A stretch of DNA of 64,000 bases, taken from positions 29,567,052-29,631,051 of the forward strand of contig NC_057724.1 of NCBI RefSeq assembly GCF_004010195.1, given 5' to 3'. This DNA is from Chiloscyllium plagiosum (Eukaryota). The translations under genes were made by a program, and so were the position numbers. The notes under the pieces are model-generated. The model did not search any database. It saw only the letters and a list, made by a program, of their open reading frames with translations, and was not told the DNA's origin. This document shows positions 25,031 to 37,139 of this stretch, piece by piece. The stretch's first letter is position 1, and the number at the start of each line of letters is the position of its first letter.

Positions 25031-26159
25031 CCAAAACTATGTTTTCCTCAATGGCAAAACCCCAAAGTTCTGACCTAGCAAGCAGAGAGGTGAGTAGTGA
25101 CAGTGGAAGGGGAGTAGTGACAGTGCATTGGAATCTCAAGCCTGATTAAAAGTATTTGTAATTAAAACTGTTGTCTTTAGATTCAAATAATGTTTAATCT
25201 AGCTAATAGTGTATTTAATAGCATTACTGTCCTCTGTATAGTTGATCATGTAAATTTCCCTTTTTGTTGCATTTACCTATATGTCTTATACTTACCTTCT
25301 ATATTGTAAATCGATGCAGAGATTCTTTTGCCCTGAAACACCTGTTTACTGCCTTCTTATTTCACATTCCCTAAATATAAGTCCTGTATCTAGAACCAGG
25401 GATCTGAGTGTGATTTGAACAACCTAAAAATCAGAAAATAACTGACTGCAAACCAGAACCCTACACTATCAGCAGTGCAATGATAGGAAAAAAATAACTT
25501 TGCAATTGCAGAATGTACACTTGAAGATAAACAGAAGATGTATGAATTACGGGTTAACCACTTGGTGTTTGATTTAATGCTGATACATACTTTTTGCACA
25601 GGTAATGGCAGCTCTGAAGTGTATCGGTCACTGTTGTAAACTGGGGTTCCCTGTAAATCTGCATATTTTAGTATTCCATATTTGGTATTTCCTGTGTAGT
25701 ATGAAACCTCATTTAATTGTGTTACAGTAGTAATAGCCTTTCACAAGCAAAAACAAAAGATTTATCAGGCCCCACGTCTATGAGTGCAATGTTCTGAAAA
25801 TAAGAAGGGCTGTTCTTCGAAGCAATGAAAACTGACCTTCAAATAGAGGTAGGTAAGGGGACAATGATCATTTGGCATCATGAGTAGCTAGCTGCCCAAT
25901 ATCAAATGCCGAGAAGTTTTAGACAGGTGATTGGTACAGCATAGGTGCCCAGCCCCCAAAACAAAGACTATCAACAAGGATTGGTGGTGAGAGATGGTGA
26001 GCAAGAAAATCCAGGGAAATGTGCTTCCATCTTCTTGGGAATAAACCAGGAGTTCCACTATATCAGCCTGAGGGAAGAACAAAGACAAAGATACTGAAAA
26101 CCACCAGCCCCGCTTATCCATTCTTCAGGATGTTTCATGATTGGTTAAGCATTCTCAAG

Positions 26160-28410
26160 GCAAGGTGATGGCCGAATGGTATTCTTGCTACACTATTAAT
26201 CCAGAAATTCAGCTAATGTTCTGGGGACACAGGTTTGAATTCCACCAAGACAGATGATAGAATTTGAACTCAACAACAAAACAAAACTAGAGTTAAGAAA
26301 TTACTAATGGCTATGAAACCATTGTTGATTGTGGGACAAACCCATCTGCTTCACTAATGTCCTTCAGGGAAAGAAATCCATCATCCTCACCTGTGACTAC
26401 ATGTGACTCCAGAGCCACAGCAGGTGGATCATAAAGGATATAGCTGGGTCTCTGGCAGGTGGTTGCTGAACCAACAAGAGGGAAAAACATATTGCATCCA
26501 GTCTACCTGTGGCAAATACATAGGTCCTGGACCTATCAGTAAGGGTGACCACTGCACAACTCTGTAGTCAAGAAGTCCCGCCTTTACTTTGATATGCCTT
26601 CACTTCATCATGTTGTGGCACCATCACTGTGCTAAATGAGGCAGACTTTGAATAGATCTAGTTTACTCAGGACTGAGCATCCATGAGGTGCTGTGGGTAA
26701 AGGACAGCAGAATCACACTCCAACACAATCTGCAACTTCATAGTCCAGCATATCTCCCACTTAACTTGGAATCAAACCTTGAGAAATATAGGCTTCAGTA
26801 TTCACAGGATGTGTAATTTTACGCTCATTAAAGAGACCAGAGAGCTCTATTTTACTTTTTGTTCTGAAAATTTGCTTCTCATTGAAGAGTCTGGTCAGTT
26901 TCTCCTCGATCACCAGGTTCCTCAGGAGGGCATGCCAAGAGCAGCACCAGGTATATTTAGAAGTGATATCAACCTGGTGAAGGTGCAAACCAGGACTACT
27001 TGAATGCCAAACAGCAACTGGTAGATAGAGCTAAGCAGTCTCAAAACCAACAGATTACATCTAAGCTTTGCCATCCTGCCTCATCCAGTCATAATTGCTG
27101 GTGGACAATTGAACAACTCAATGGAGGAGGCGGCACCACAAATATTCACATCCTCAATGATGGAAGAGCCAAGTATATCAGTGCAAAAAAAGTAGAAGCA
27201 TTTGTAACAATCCTCAGCCAGAAATGCAGAATTGATGATCCATCTTGTACTCCTCCAGTCATCCCCAGCATTAAAGATACCAGTCTTCAGCCAATTTGAT
27301 TCACTCTACATGATATTAAGAAACAGTTAGAGGCACAGGATACTGCAAAGGCTATGGGCCCTCACAGCATTCTAGCCATATTATTGGAGACTCATATTCC
27401 AAGTTCAGCAGATATTAGGGAAGGCAAATCTAATGTTGGCCTTGATTTCAACAGGAATGCAATATCAAAGTTGTTACAACTATACAAGGCACTAGTTAGA
27501 CCACACCTAGGAAACCTTTTCTCCACCATAAGGTCAGAAGTGGGAATGTTTGCCAATGATTGCAAAATGATCAGCACCATTCGCAGCTCCTCAGATACTG
27601 AAGCAGTCTATGTTCAAATGCAACAAGCTGTGGACAATGTCCAGGCTTGGGCTGACAAATGACAAGTAATATTTGCGCCATACAAATGCCAGCCAATATC
27701 TAATTCCAAAGTCTAAAGAGACAATCTAACCATGTCCCTTGATCGTCAATGCTGTTACCATCACCGAATCCCTCACTTTCAACATCCTGGGGGTTATCGT
27801 TGACCAGAAACTCAACTGCCATCATCATGTAAATACAGTAGCTCCAAGTGCAGGTCAAAGGTTATGAATACTGCAGCAAGTAACTCACCTCCTGACTCTC
27901 CACCATCTACAAGGCAAGAGTATGATGGAATATTCTCCACTTGCCTAGATGGGTACATTTCCAATTACACGAGGAAGGTTGACAATGTCCAGCACAAAGC
28001 AGCCTGTTTGAGAGACACCATATCCACAAGCATCCATTCCCTCTACCACCGACGCTCAATAATAGCAATATGTACTATAAACAAGATGCATTGCAGAAAT
28101 TCACCAAAGATTCTTAGAGAACCTTCCAAACGCACGACCTTGTCCATCTAGAGGGACAAGGGCAACAGATATATGCATCAAGTTCCCCTCCAAGCCAGCC
28201 ACCATCCTGACTTGGAAAAAATTCACCGCTGCTTCACTGTCATTGGATCAAAATCCTGGAATTTCCTCCCTAAAGGCATTGTAGATCTTCCTGCAGCACA
28301 TGGACAGTACTTCAAGAAGGCAGCCTAGCACCACCTCCTCAAGGACGACTAGAGATAGACAATAAATATTAGCCAGCTAGAAAAGCCCATGTCTCAAGTG
28401 GATAAAAATA
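26160..28410 (+). mobile_element. SINE-like head (26160-26425) followed by decayed LINE family 2
   Basis: B-box-like ggtttgaattcc; RT motif remnant GMFANDCKMISTI (FADD-like); many stops. Confidence 0.65.
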
Positions 28411-29686
28411 ACTGTCACACTTGTATACTTGCCTTGCCTAATTACTGATATATCATATCAAAACTGCTGCTTCTTAATGAATTGTCAGAAAATTGCTACA
28501 TGACATCAACTGCATATTTAAGGTAACTGATTATGAAACCTCCAAAATCAACACTGGAAAGACCTGTTTTTCATTATCTCAACGAGTTTACTCTGGAGAA
28601 CCATTAGTAAAACAAGATCTGTGCATGGAGAGTGTATGCAAAAGGGGTAATCATTAGACAGATACCAGTTTATTAGTTTAAAGAACAAGTAATCAGACTA
28701 TTGAAGGGGTCTTTGCTCTTGATCCTGTGCTTTATTTGATTTGATTCCCTCAACTGCAATCAGCTAATTCGACAAAAGACTACATCAAACTTCTCAATTA
28801 TTTGCATGATCCACAATAATCATTGAATCGAGGCAGATGCCATTGTAACATTCAATGTAAATATTCAAGTTATACACAAAGTATTGCAGACAGCTGAGCC
28901 AGAGGACAAGATTCAATCTTTTCAGTGTTTACTTGGAGTTGATCATTAGAGAAGAACCATGAAAGTCAGCCAGGTTGGCAGTACTAAGCAATGAAGAAGG
29001 CGCTCATACGCAGAAAACGGTTCATCCGAGGTGACATTAGATTACCTGCAGTTACACGTTCAGATTAAAACCGGTTTAAAAAACAACACCCCCTCCCCCA
29101 CATTGTTGGCTAATATTTAATTGAACTATAGTTACATTTACCATTTTTGCACAAACCACGAACAGATTTAAGTAGCCCGGAATTTCCCACACAAAACCTA
29201 AAAGTAAATGTTTCCTAAAATTTCGAGCACGAATTCTGAACAGTCCTAAAATGTAAATATAGCAGCAACCAAAAATCAATATTATTGCTGGCGTTCTTTC
29301 TTACTTCGTGTAACTTAATTTGTCTGATTTTTCCCATATGAAAAACTGGATAAAGACCCTGCGTTAGTATACGCATAAATGATATTTCGATGGCTTTAAG
29401 CTTTTATTTTAATTTTGACATCTCTCCAAAGCCAACTTTAAAGTCCACTATTGTTAAAAATTGGAAATCACTGAAAAGCTGATCTCGAAATGTATTAAAG
29501 TCTCTCCCGACATACACCACGTTGAGTTCCACACAGAGTTATTTACAAGAAGCTGAGGCGAAACTCCTGCACATTCCTCCCCCCCCGGTCCTCCAAGGCC
29601 CTACTCAAGTTTCCCTAACCCGGGGAACAGAACACCAGAGCGGCGGCATCCTGTGGATAGATTCGGCGGCTAACACTAGGCCTTAC

Positions 29687-29810
29687 CGCTGCTCTTCCAA
29701 CCAGGACCTCCTAGATAGAGGAACCGAAGAGAAACAACTTTTCAAAAACAAAAACAAGCAGCCACTTCCATCCAGTACGTCAAGACTAACAACAATTGAG
29801 ATAACTAGGG
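29687..29810 (-). other. TMLHE: Probable non-coding exon 1 of TMLHE (5' end approximate)
   Basis: Strong minus-strand donor CG|gtaagg at 29686 in a locally CpG-retaining region, next to GC/CCAAT and NRF1-like motifs. The first coding exon starts at an acceptor, so an upstream exon is required. Confidence 0.55.
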
Positions 29811-30000
29811 TTTTAGCTGACCGCCCAATTCAGCCCATTCCCTCCCCTTCACCGCACATGCGTGAGCTATCCTCCAGCCCCATCCCTACCCTCCCAACCA
29901 CACAGCTGTCAATCAATGGTAAATCTAAAAGCCAAGAGGGTGCGCCTTTTCTGCCCTGTCAAGGATTGGTGGAGACCTGTCAATGTGGCAGCATCATCTT
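29810..30000 (-). promoter_or_regulatory. Putative TMLHE promoter
   Basis: ccgcccaat at 29821 (GC/CCAAT) and NRF1-like CGCACATGCG at 29853-29862, just upstream of the candidate exon 1. Confidence 0.45.
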
Positions 30001-30128
30001 ACATATCACCACATTTCTGTATTTGAAATCCGTTGTTTCCCATAATTAGACAGGATGAGTAAATAATGACCACAGTTTCATTAGTATACAATGTTAAACG
30101 GCTTCACCCTTATATTTTATTTTTATAT

Positions 30129-30675
30129 ATAAAATCACACAACACGACGTTATAGTCCCACATGTTTATTTGAAAGTACAAGCTTTCCGACCGCTGCTCC
30201 TTCGTCAAGTAGCTAGTTGGGCAGGATCATAGTACCATAGGACAGGGAATTTACATAAACTGCCAGACTGGTCGCTTAACCAAGGACACAATGGGGACTG
30301 CAGATCCTGGAGAAATCAGAGTTGATAAAGTGTGGCGCTGGAAAAGACACAACAAGTCAGGCAAAGTCGACGGTTCGGGCAGGACTCTGAACGAAACATC
30401 ACCTCACGTTGGTGAGACACTGACAACAATGGGCAATATAAATTCTGATAAAGGGCTTTTGCCCGAAACGTCGATTCTCCTGCTCCTCGGATGCTGCCTG
30501 GCCTGATGGCTTGTCCAGCACCACACTCTTGCCTCTGATCTCCAGTCCTCTCTCTCCCAATGTTTTGTTTTCCTATGATTCTGTCCGAGTAGCTACCTGA
30601 CGAAGGAGCAGGGCTCCGAAAGCTTGAACTTTCAGATAAACCTATTGGAGTATAACCTGGTGTTGTGATTTTAAC
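30129..30675. mobile_element. Nested PLE-type fold-backs: family B outer arms (~30129-30215 / 30588-30675) and family A inner arms (~30293-30385 / 30445-30550)
   Basis: Both arm pairs are reverse complements; hammerhead-like CTGACGA-A-GGAGC-AGG-GCTCC-GAAA-GCT at 30597-30624. Confidence 0.75.
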
Positions 30676-31159
30676 TTTGTAAACATTCCATTGCTGATTT
30701 TTAACTTTGTCCACCAGCACCAGCCCAGATCTTTATATATGGAAGAACCGGGGCAACATGATCAAAGACCTATGCAAACGTTTTAACGACGCTTTGAAGG
30801 CGAGAAATGATGTTACAATCAATATGGGTTTCAAATATCTGGCGTGCCAGAGACATGAGGGATAACCACGTTAGTCAAGAATGGGAGATAAAAGCTGAGG
30901 TATTGGGGCTGGAGGAATTGACAGACGAATTATTGCAGTAATTTGTAGAAAATTATCAACAAATCTGAATAGAAATACAAAATCCAATTAACTAAGAATC
31001 TATTCCCTTGTAACCCTCTGGGCCAGTCTTTCAGAACTGCTAGGTAAAAACAATGACTGCAGATGCTGGAAACCAGATTCTCGATTAGTGGTGCTGGAAG
31101 AGCACAGCAGTTCAAGCAGCATCCAAGGAGCACCTCCCTTTGGTGAGACACTGACAACA

Positions 31160-31687
31160 GAGGACAACGACGCATGCGTGTTTATTGGGGCACAAGCCAT
31201 GTCCCATTACCCCATTACGCCATCACGTACACTTTGCGTTTGACGCATAGCCGTGCGCAGGGAAGCGCGCGCAGCTTTGAACAGGGTTAAGCGGTGGGGA
31301 GGAGGAATTCCCGGAGCGAGAAAGGAATAACAAGGGAGCCCAGGAAGTGGATGAGTTTTCCCACTCTGTCTCTTTTACTTCCAGCTCCTCGGCCCTAACA
31401 CTGTATCCTCTCCCCGAATCTTGATCTCCTCTGACCCTTGTCCCAATCGCTCCCGCCCCACAATGAAATTCGCGCATGCGGGTTTCAAGTCGGTGGGCTC
31501 AGTGAAAGCATCACTTTGCGACTGTCGCAAACAGGGAGGATATGCCGTGCAGTGGTTGTTATGGAAATGACGTAATTGAAGCTCGTGACTGTGGCCTATG
31601 GTGATTCCGAAGCCTGACAGCAGCGATTGAGGAGGTGGTCGTGAAGGGAAAAGCCCGGACTAAATCAGGATATTCTGTAGGAGGGGG
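31160..31687 (+). promoter_or_regulatory. CpG-rich promoter/5' UTR of the Rag gene
   Basis: CpG enrichment; NRF1-type ACGCATGCGT 31170-31179 and CGCGCATGCG 31471-31480; ETS CAGGAAGT ~31341; GC box ~31452; RFX X-box-like GTTGTTATGGAAAT 31555-31568 overlapping CRE-like TGACGTAA 31568-31575. Confidence 0.65.
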
Positions 31688-31714
31688 ATGCCGAGCACAG
31701 CCATGAAGAAAAAG
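31688..31714 (+). CDS. RRAGA: Ras-related GTP-binding protein A/B (RagA/B), exon 1
   Basis: ATG CCG AGC ACA GCC ATG AAG AAA AAG|gtaaaa = MPSTAMKKK, RagA-like N-terminus; in-frame upstream TAA at 31661. Intron-containing, so RRAGB is an equally defensible name. Confidence 0.9.
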
Positions 31715-32659
31715 GTAAAATATAAAGTTGTACTTTGTAATATGGAAGGAGGTTAAGAAAAGTCAGCCTTTAGGGCTCACAATATCGAGTCCTGATATTG
31801 GGGTCCTGACACCTTTCATGATCCATTAGCCACTCCCGCCGCCCTGTTGTGACAGTCAACCCATTTTCATCTTCTGATGGTCCTCACTAGCAGCTCGTCT
31901 TGCTCCCTGGCTGACCATCGTCCATCCTCTTGCCGATCCGTCTTTCTGTCCTTTGGGCTCGGTGTCCACTTATTGCTTACTCTTTTACCTTCCACACCGC
32001 CGCCCCCCCCCCCCCCCCCCCCCTCTGTCTTCAGCACACTTTTTCCTAGCCACCGTAAGTTCCGCTATACCCAAAACATTAACTCTGCTTGGTATCTGCA
32101 GATGCCGCTAGACCTGCTGAGTTTCTCTAGCAATTTCTATATTTTGCCTCAGTCAGGAAAGGGGTTTCCAGGACAGTAGGATGAATTTAGGGATTTTGAT
32201 TGGGATGATTGTGGGAAAATGTCTGCTTTACAATTAAAGCACATTACGAAGCAGGGTAATCCCTGTCCATGTTTGACTCAATGTTAATGCTTTCTCCACT
32301 TATGCTGTTAGATCTGTGGAGTTTCTGCAGCATTTTAAACTTCCTCTTCCCAAATCTGCTTTTTCCGTCAGAGCAACACAATTTCTCACTGAAACTGTCA
32401 TCAGGTTAAATTGTACTTCCCCCAAGTCCTTTCCTTTGCTGCTACCACACAGAATCTGCAAACTGTCCTTGGCTTCAGCTGCAGTGTGGTTTTAATTTTC
32501 ACCACCCCATCACTGCTCAGCTTCATGGATATCACTTGTTTTAGATCTTTAACCCAATTTCAATTGTGTCTGTACTGAGTGACCCTTGTAACTCCATGGT
32601 TGTGCACTCCAATACTGTATCTTTACCATTGAAGGTTGCTTCTCTCACTGTAAAAACAG

Positions 32660-33780
32660 AAGTAGGAACTGGTGTAGGCAGTTCAGTCCCTTTAGTCTGC
32701 TCCATATTTTGGATTATCATTGTTAATATCTTGGCTTCAACTCCACTTTCCTACCTGCCCTCATAACTCTTGAATGCATTACCAATTAAAAGTCTGTCTA
32801 CCTCAATTTACTCAATGTCCCAGCATCTACAGCAGTCTGAGGTTGCAAATTCCACAGTTTCACAACCCTTTGAGAGACGTCATAGAGATGTACAGCACAG
32901 AAACAGACCTTTTGGTCCAACCTTGTCCTTGCTAACCAGATATCCTAATCTAGCCCCATTTGTCAGCACTTGGCCCGTATCCCTCTAAAATCTTTCTATT
33001 CATAAACCCATAAAAATGCCTTTTAAATGTTGTAATTGTACCAGCCTGCACTACTTCCTCTGGTAGTTCATTCCGTACATGTGCAACCCTCTGTGTGGAA
33101 AAAGTTGCCCCTTAGGTCTCTTTTATATCTTTCCCCTCTCACCCTAAACCTATGCCCTCTAGTTCTCGATGCTCTCACCCCAAGGAAAAGACTTTATTTA
33201 TCCTATCCATGCCCCTCATGATTTTATAAACCTTGATAAGGTCACCCCTCAGTGTTCGACACTCCAGGGAAAACAGCCCCAGCCTATTCAGCCTCTCCCT
33301 ATAGCTCAATTCCTCCAATCCTGGTAATCCTTGTAAATCTTTTCTGAGCCCTTTTAAGTTTCACAATGTCCTTCCAATAAGGAGACGAGTTGCACATGAT
33401 ATTCCAAAAGTGGCGTAATTTCTCCTTTGTTTTACATCTGTTACCCTAAAACTGTGATCGCATTCTAGATCACCCCACAAGGAGAAACATCCTCTCTATG
33501 TCTATCTTGTCTGTCTTTAGCATCTTGTATATCTGTTAGATCTCCTGTTATTCTTCTAAATTCCAGAGAGTATAGGCTTAAACTGCTCAATCTCTTTGCA
33601 TAAACAAGCTCCTCATCTCTGGAATAAATCCAGTGAACCTCCTTCAAGGTGCACACATTTCCACCCCCCCCCCCCCCCCCCCCCACCCTCAAGTAAACGG
33701 ACCAAAATTGTAAACAATAATCCAGGTGCAGAATCACAAGGTTGAATACAGTTTGCAGCAATATTTCCCTAGTTTTAGAA
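32660..33780 (-). mobile_element. Old CR1 3' fragment with a younger CR1 3' end nested at 32881-33415
   Basis: LDYCLQFWS..., LSLYSLEFRR; catagagatgtacagc tail. Confidence 0.75.
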
Positions 33781-34789
33781 TATGGTATACCAGCATGTTA
33801 ATTAACTGAACTGCATATATCTAAGAATGGCCTGTATTCACTATCAGTTCCAATACTTCCCATTAAAGGTAGCATAAGGTGTGGTCATCTTTCTTATAAC
33901 AGGTTACATGAAATAATCTGTAAATTTCAGGAGAAAATACTTTGGTTTGCCACATCAGCTTAACTAATCTATGCCAGTCTTTATGTTCCATTTATGCATT
34001 CTCCCGTCTTTCATCATTTAAATCTGTCATTGTGAACATCCACTATTTTATTTCTCTCATACTTCAACTTCGTCTTCGTTGCATCTCTAAAATCTATTGT
34101 CCAAACAAAATTGGAAAATCAACACATCTAGGCTTCAAACATTTAATTAAACAATGAGGTGTTAGTCTAAAATGGGAAAAGCAGTTTTGTAGACATGCAA
34201 AGCAGACAGAGGAAGAAGACAGGGTGATGGTGGTGGGTTGTTTTTCAGACTGGAGGCCTGTGACCAGTAGAGTGCCACAAGGATCGGTGCTGGGCCTTCT
34301 ACTTTTTGTCATTACATAAATGATTTGGATGCGAGCATAAGAGGTACAGTTAGTAAGTTTGCACTTGACACCAAAATTGGAGGTGTAGTGGACAGCGAAG
34401 AGGGTTACTGCAGATTACAACAGGATCTGGACCTGATGGGCCAATGGGCTGAGAAGTGGCAGATGGAATTTAATTCAGATAAATGTGAGGTGCTGCATTT
34501 TGGGAAAGCAAATCTTAGCAGGACTTATACACTTAATGGTAAGGTCCTAGGGAGTGTTGCTGAACAAAGACCTTGGAGTGCAGGTTCATAGCTCCTTGAA
34601 AGTGGAGTCACAGGTAGATAGGATAGTGAAGAAGGCGTTTGGTATGCTTTCCTTTATTGGTCAGAGTATTGAGTACAGGAGGAGAAAGTGAGGTCTGCAG
34701 ATGCTGGAGATCAAAGTTGAAACTTTATTGCTGGAACAGCACAGCAGGTCAGGCAGCATCCAGGGAACAGGAGATTCGACGTTTCGGGC

Positions 34790-34912
34790 ACAGCTACCTG
34801 GACTACACCTCCTCCCATCCTGCCCCCTGTACAGCTACCTGGACTACACCTCCTCCCATCCTGCCCCCTGTACAGATACCTGGACTACACCTCCTCCCAA
34901 CCTGCCCCCTGT
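34790..34912 (+). repeat. Three tandem ~41-bp copies of a PLE segment
   Basis: cagctacctggactacacctcctcccatcctgccccctgta x3; source copy at ~35087-35127. Confidence 0.85.
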
Positions 34913-35918
34913 ATCGTGCTCCCACGAGGAGGTTGAACAGTTCATCCACTACACTAACACCTTCCACCCCGATCTCAAATTCACCTGGACAGTCTCGGAC
35001 TCCTCCCTCCCCTTCCTAGACCTTTCTGTCTCTATCTCAGGCGACCGAATCAACACGGACATCTACTACAAACCAACCGACTCCCACAGCTACCTGGACT
35101 ACACCTCCTCCCATCCTGCCCCCTGTAAAAACGCCATCCCATTCTCCCAATTCCTTCGTCTCCGCCGCATCTGCTCCCAGGAGGACCAGTTCAAAATACG
35201 TACAACACAGATGGCCACCAGATGTCAGAGGGGTAGTTTCTTTACTCAGAGAGTAGTAATGGCGTGAAACTCCCTGCCTGCAACTGTAGTAGACTCACCG
35301 ACTTTAATGTCTTTTTAAATGGCCATTGGATAAACATATGGATGATAATGCAACAATGCAGGTTAGTTCAGCTTCAGGCTGGTTTCACAGGTCAGCACAA
35401 CATTGAGGGTCAGAGAGCCTGGACTGTGCTGTAATGTTCTGTGTTCTTTGAAAGCAAGATAATATTTCGAGTCTGGCGATTCTTCATCAGAACTGTTAAC
35501 AGCTCAGGAAAGGTGGTAATATATTGAAGTGACGTTTGTGGGAAGGGGTTGGTCTTGCACAAGGTGACTTACTTGCCGATTTACTTCCTCCAACCTCAGT
35601 ATCCAAGGCCTCAGGCACACCTTCCAGGTGAAGCAGCAGCTTACCTGCACTTCTCTCAACTCATTTATTTCATTCACTGCTCAGAATGTGGTCTCCTGTA
35701 TATCGGGGGAGATGAAACACAGATTTGATGACCGCTTTGCTGAACACCTACACTCTGTCTGTAAAACATGACCCAGAGTTTCCCACTGCCTCCACTTCAA
35801 CACACCACTGTGTTCCTACACCAACATTTCTGTCCCAGATCTGTTGCAGTGTTCCTTAACGCAAGTTCAAAGAACAACACTTCATTTTCCACTTGGGGAT
35901 TCTGTTTCTGTTCTTCTC

Positions 35919-35954
35919 ATTCCTGAAGAAGGGCCTGTGCCCGAAACGTCGAAT
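35919..35954 (+). ncRNA. Intact minimal type I hammerhead ribozyme motif (PLE family A) in Rag intron 1
   Basis: ATTC-CTGAAGA-A-GGGC-CTGT-GCCC-GAAA-CG-TC-GAAT: all core nucleotides present, helices I and II perfect, ACGT palindrome, GUC site. Confidence 0.75.
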
Positions 35955-37139
35955 CTCCTGTTCCCTGGATGCTGCCTGACCTGCTGTGCTGTTCCAGCAA
36001 TAAAGTTTCAACTATTGAGTACAGGAGTTGGGAGGTCATGTTGCCGCTGTATAGGACATTGGTTAGGCCACTGTTGGAATATTGCGTGCAATTCTGGTCT
36101 CCTTCCTATTGGAAAGATGTTGTGATACTTGAAAGAGTTCAGAAAAGATTTACAAGGATGTTGCCAGGGTTGGAGGATTTGAGCTCCAGGGAGAGGCTGA
36201 ACAGGCTGGGGCTGTTTTCCCTTGAGCGTCGGAGGCTATGGGGTGACCTTATAGAGGTTTACAAAATTGAGGGGCATGGATAGGATAAATAGACCAAGTC
36301 TTTTCCCTGGGGTTGGGGAGTCCAGAAGTAGAGGGCATAGGTTTCGGGTGAGAGGGGAAAGATATAAGGGAGATCTAAGGGGTAACCTTTTCAGACAGAG
36401 GGTGGTATGTGTATGGAATGTGCTGCCAGAGGATGCGGTGGAGGCTGGTACAGTTGCAACATTTAAAAGGCATTTGGATGGGTATTTGAATAGGAAGGGT
36501 TTGGAGGGCTGGCAGGTGGGACTAGATTGGGTTAGGATATCTGGTCAGCATGGACAGATTGGACCGAAGGGTCTGTTTCCAGTCTGTACATCTCTATGAC
36601 ATTTAAGTAGGGGAAGAATTGTGCTATAGGTGATTTGATCGCAACTGATCCAAAAACAAGATTAATTTACCTTTGTGTTCTTCCCTTGCGTCTTGCATCT
36701 GAAATGGTAAAATGGCCAGTCAACTTGCAGTTGTAGTAGGGTGGATGCTTTAATGTTTATTCAACTGACCAGCATGAATTTTATCTTCTAAAAATATGAA
36801 GGACACACCGATATTTTGCGGCTGCTCTCAAAACACTTCCTTGTATCCAGTTGTTAATGGATGCCCCCTCTGTTCCTAATAATGAAAACCTGACTGTCCT
36901 ATTAGTAAATGTATGTTGCTCCATTTAATCTCCTAGTCATTAGAAATTATGATGTCTGTACTGCTCAGGCCTCCAACTTTTCTCATAATGCAGAGCCACA
37001 AGCAGCTGCCTATCATCTTTTGATAGTTTGCTGACATTCATTGGGAAAGCACTGTGATGCATGACAGGTATTAACAACCAAAGCAGTTTGTATTTTGATA
37101 GCATCTGTAATAAAGCATCCAGGAAACTTGAAAGAGAAA

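Larger units (their letters stand above)
34682..36012. mobile_element. Composite PLE insertion with inverted terminal repeats and 15-bp TSD
   Basis: TSD tattgagtacaggag at 34667-34681 and 36013-36027; ~78-bp inverted arms (34715-34792 / 35935-36012); PLE RT-thumb ORF (LPFLDLSV...TDIYYKPTDSHSYLDYTSSHP..CKNAIPFSQFLRLRRICS). Confidence 0.85.
34210..36600 (+). mobile_element. Relatively young CR1 LINE interrupted by a PLE composite
   Basis: VPQGSVLG, WAEKWQMEFN..KCEVLHFG, LYRTLVRPLLEYCVQFWSP; the LINE sequence resumes after the TSD at 36027. Confidence 0.9.

Noticed and set aside
29522-30049. 175-aa plus-strand ORF
   Set aside because: Spans the promoter region, starts at a non-ATG codon and has no recognisable homology.
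31221-31230. TFEB CLEAR site in the Rag promoter
   Set aside because: The sequence is TCACGTAC, not TCACGTGA; the E-box is incomplete.
34790-34912. CRISPR-like array
   Set aside because: Contiguous tandem copies without unique spacers, derived from a PLE ORF in a vertebrate genome.
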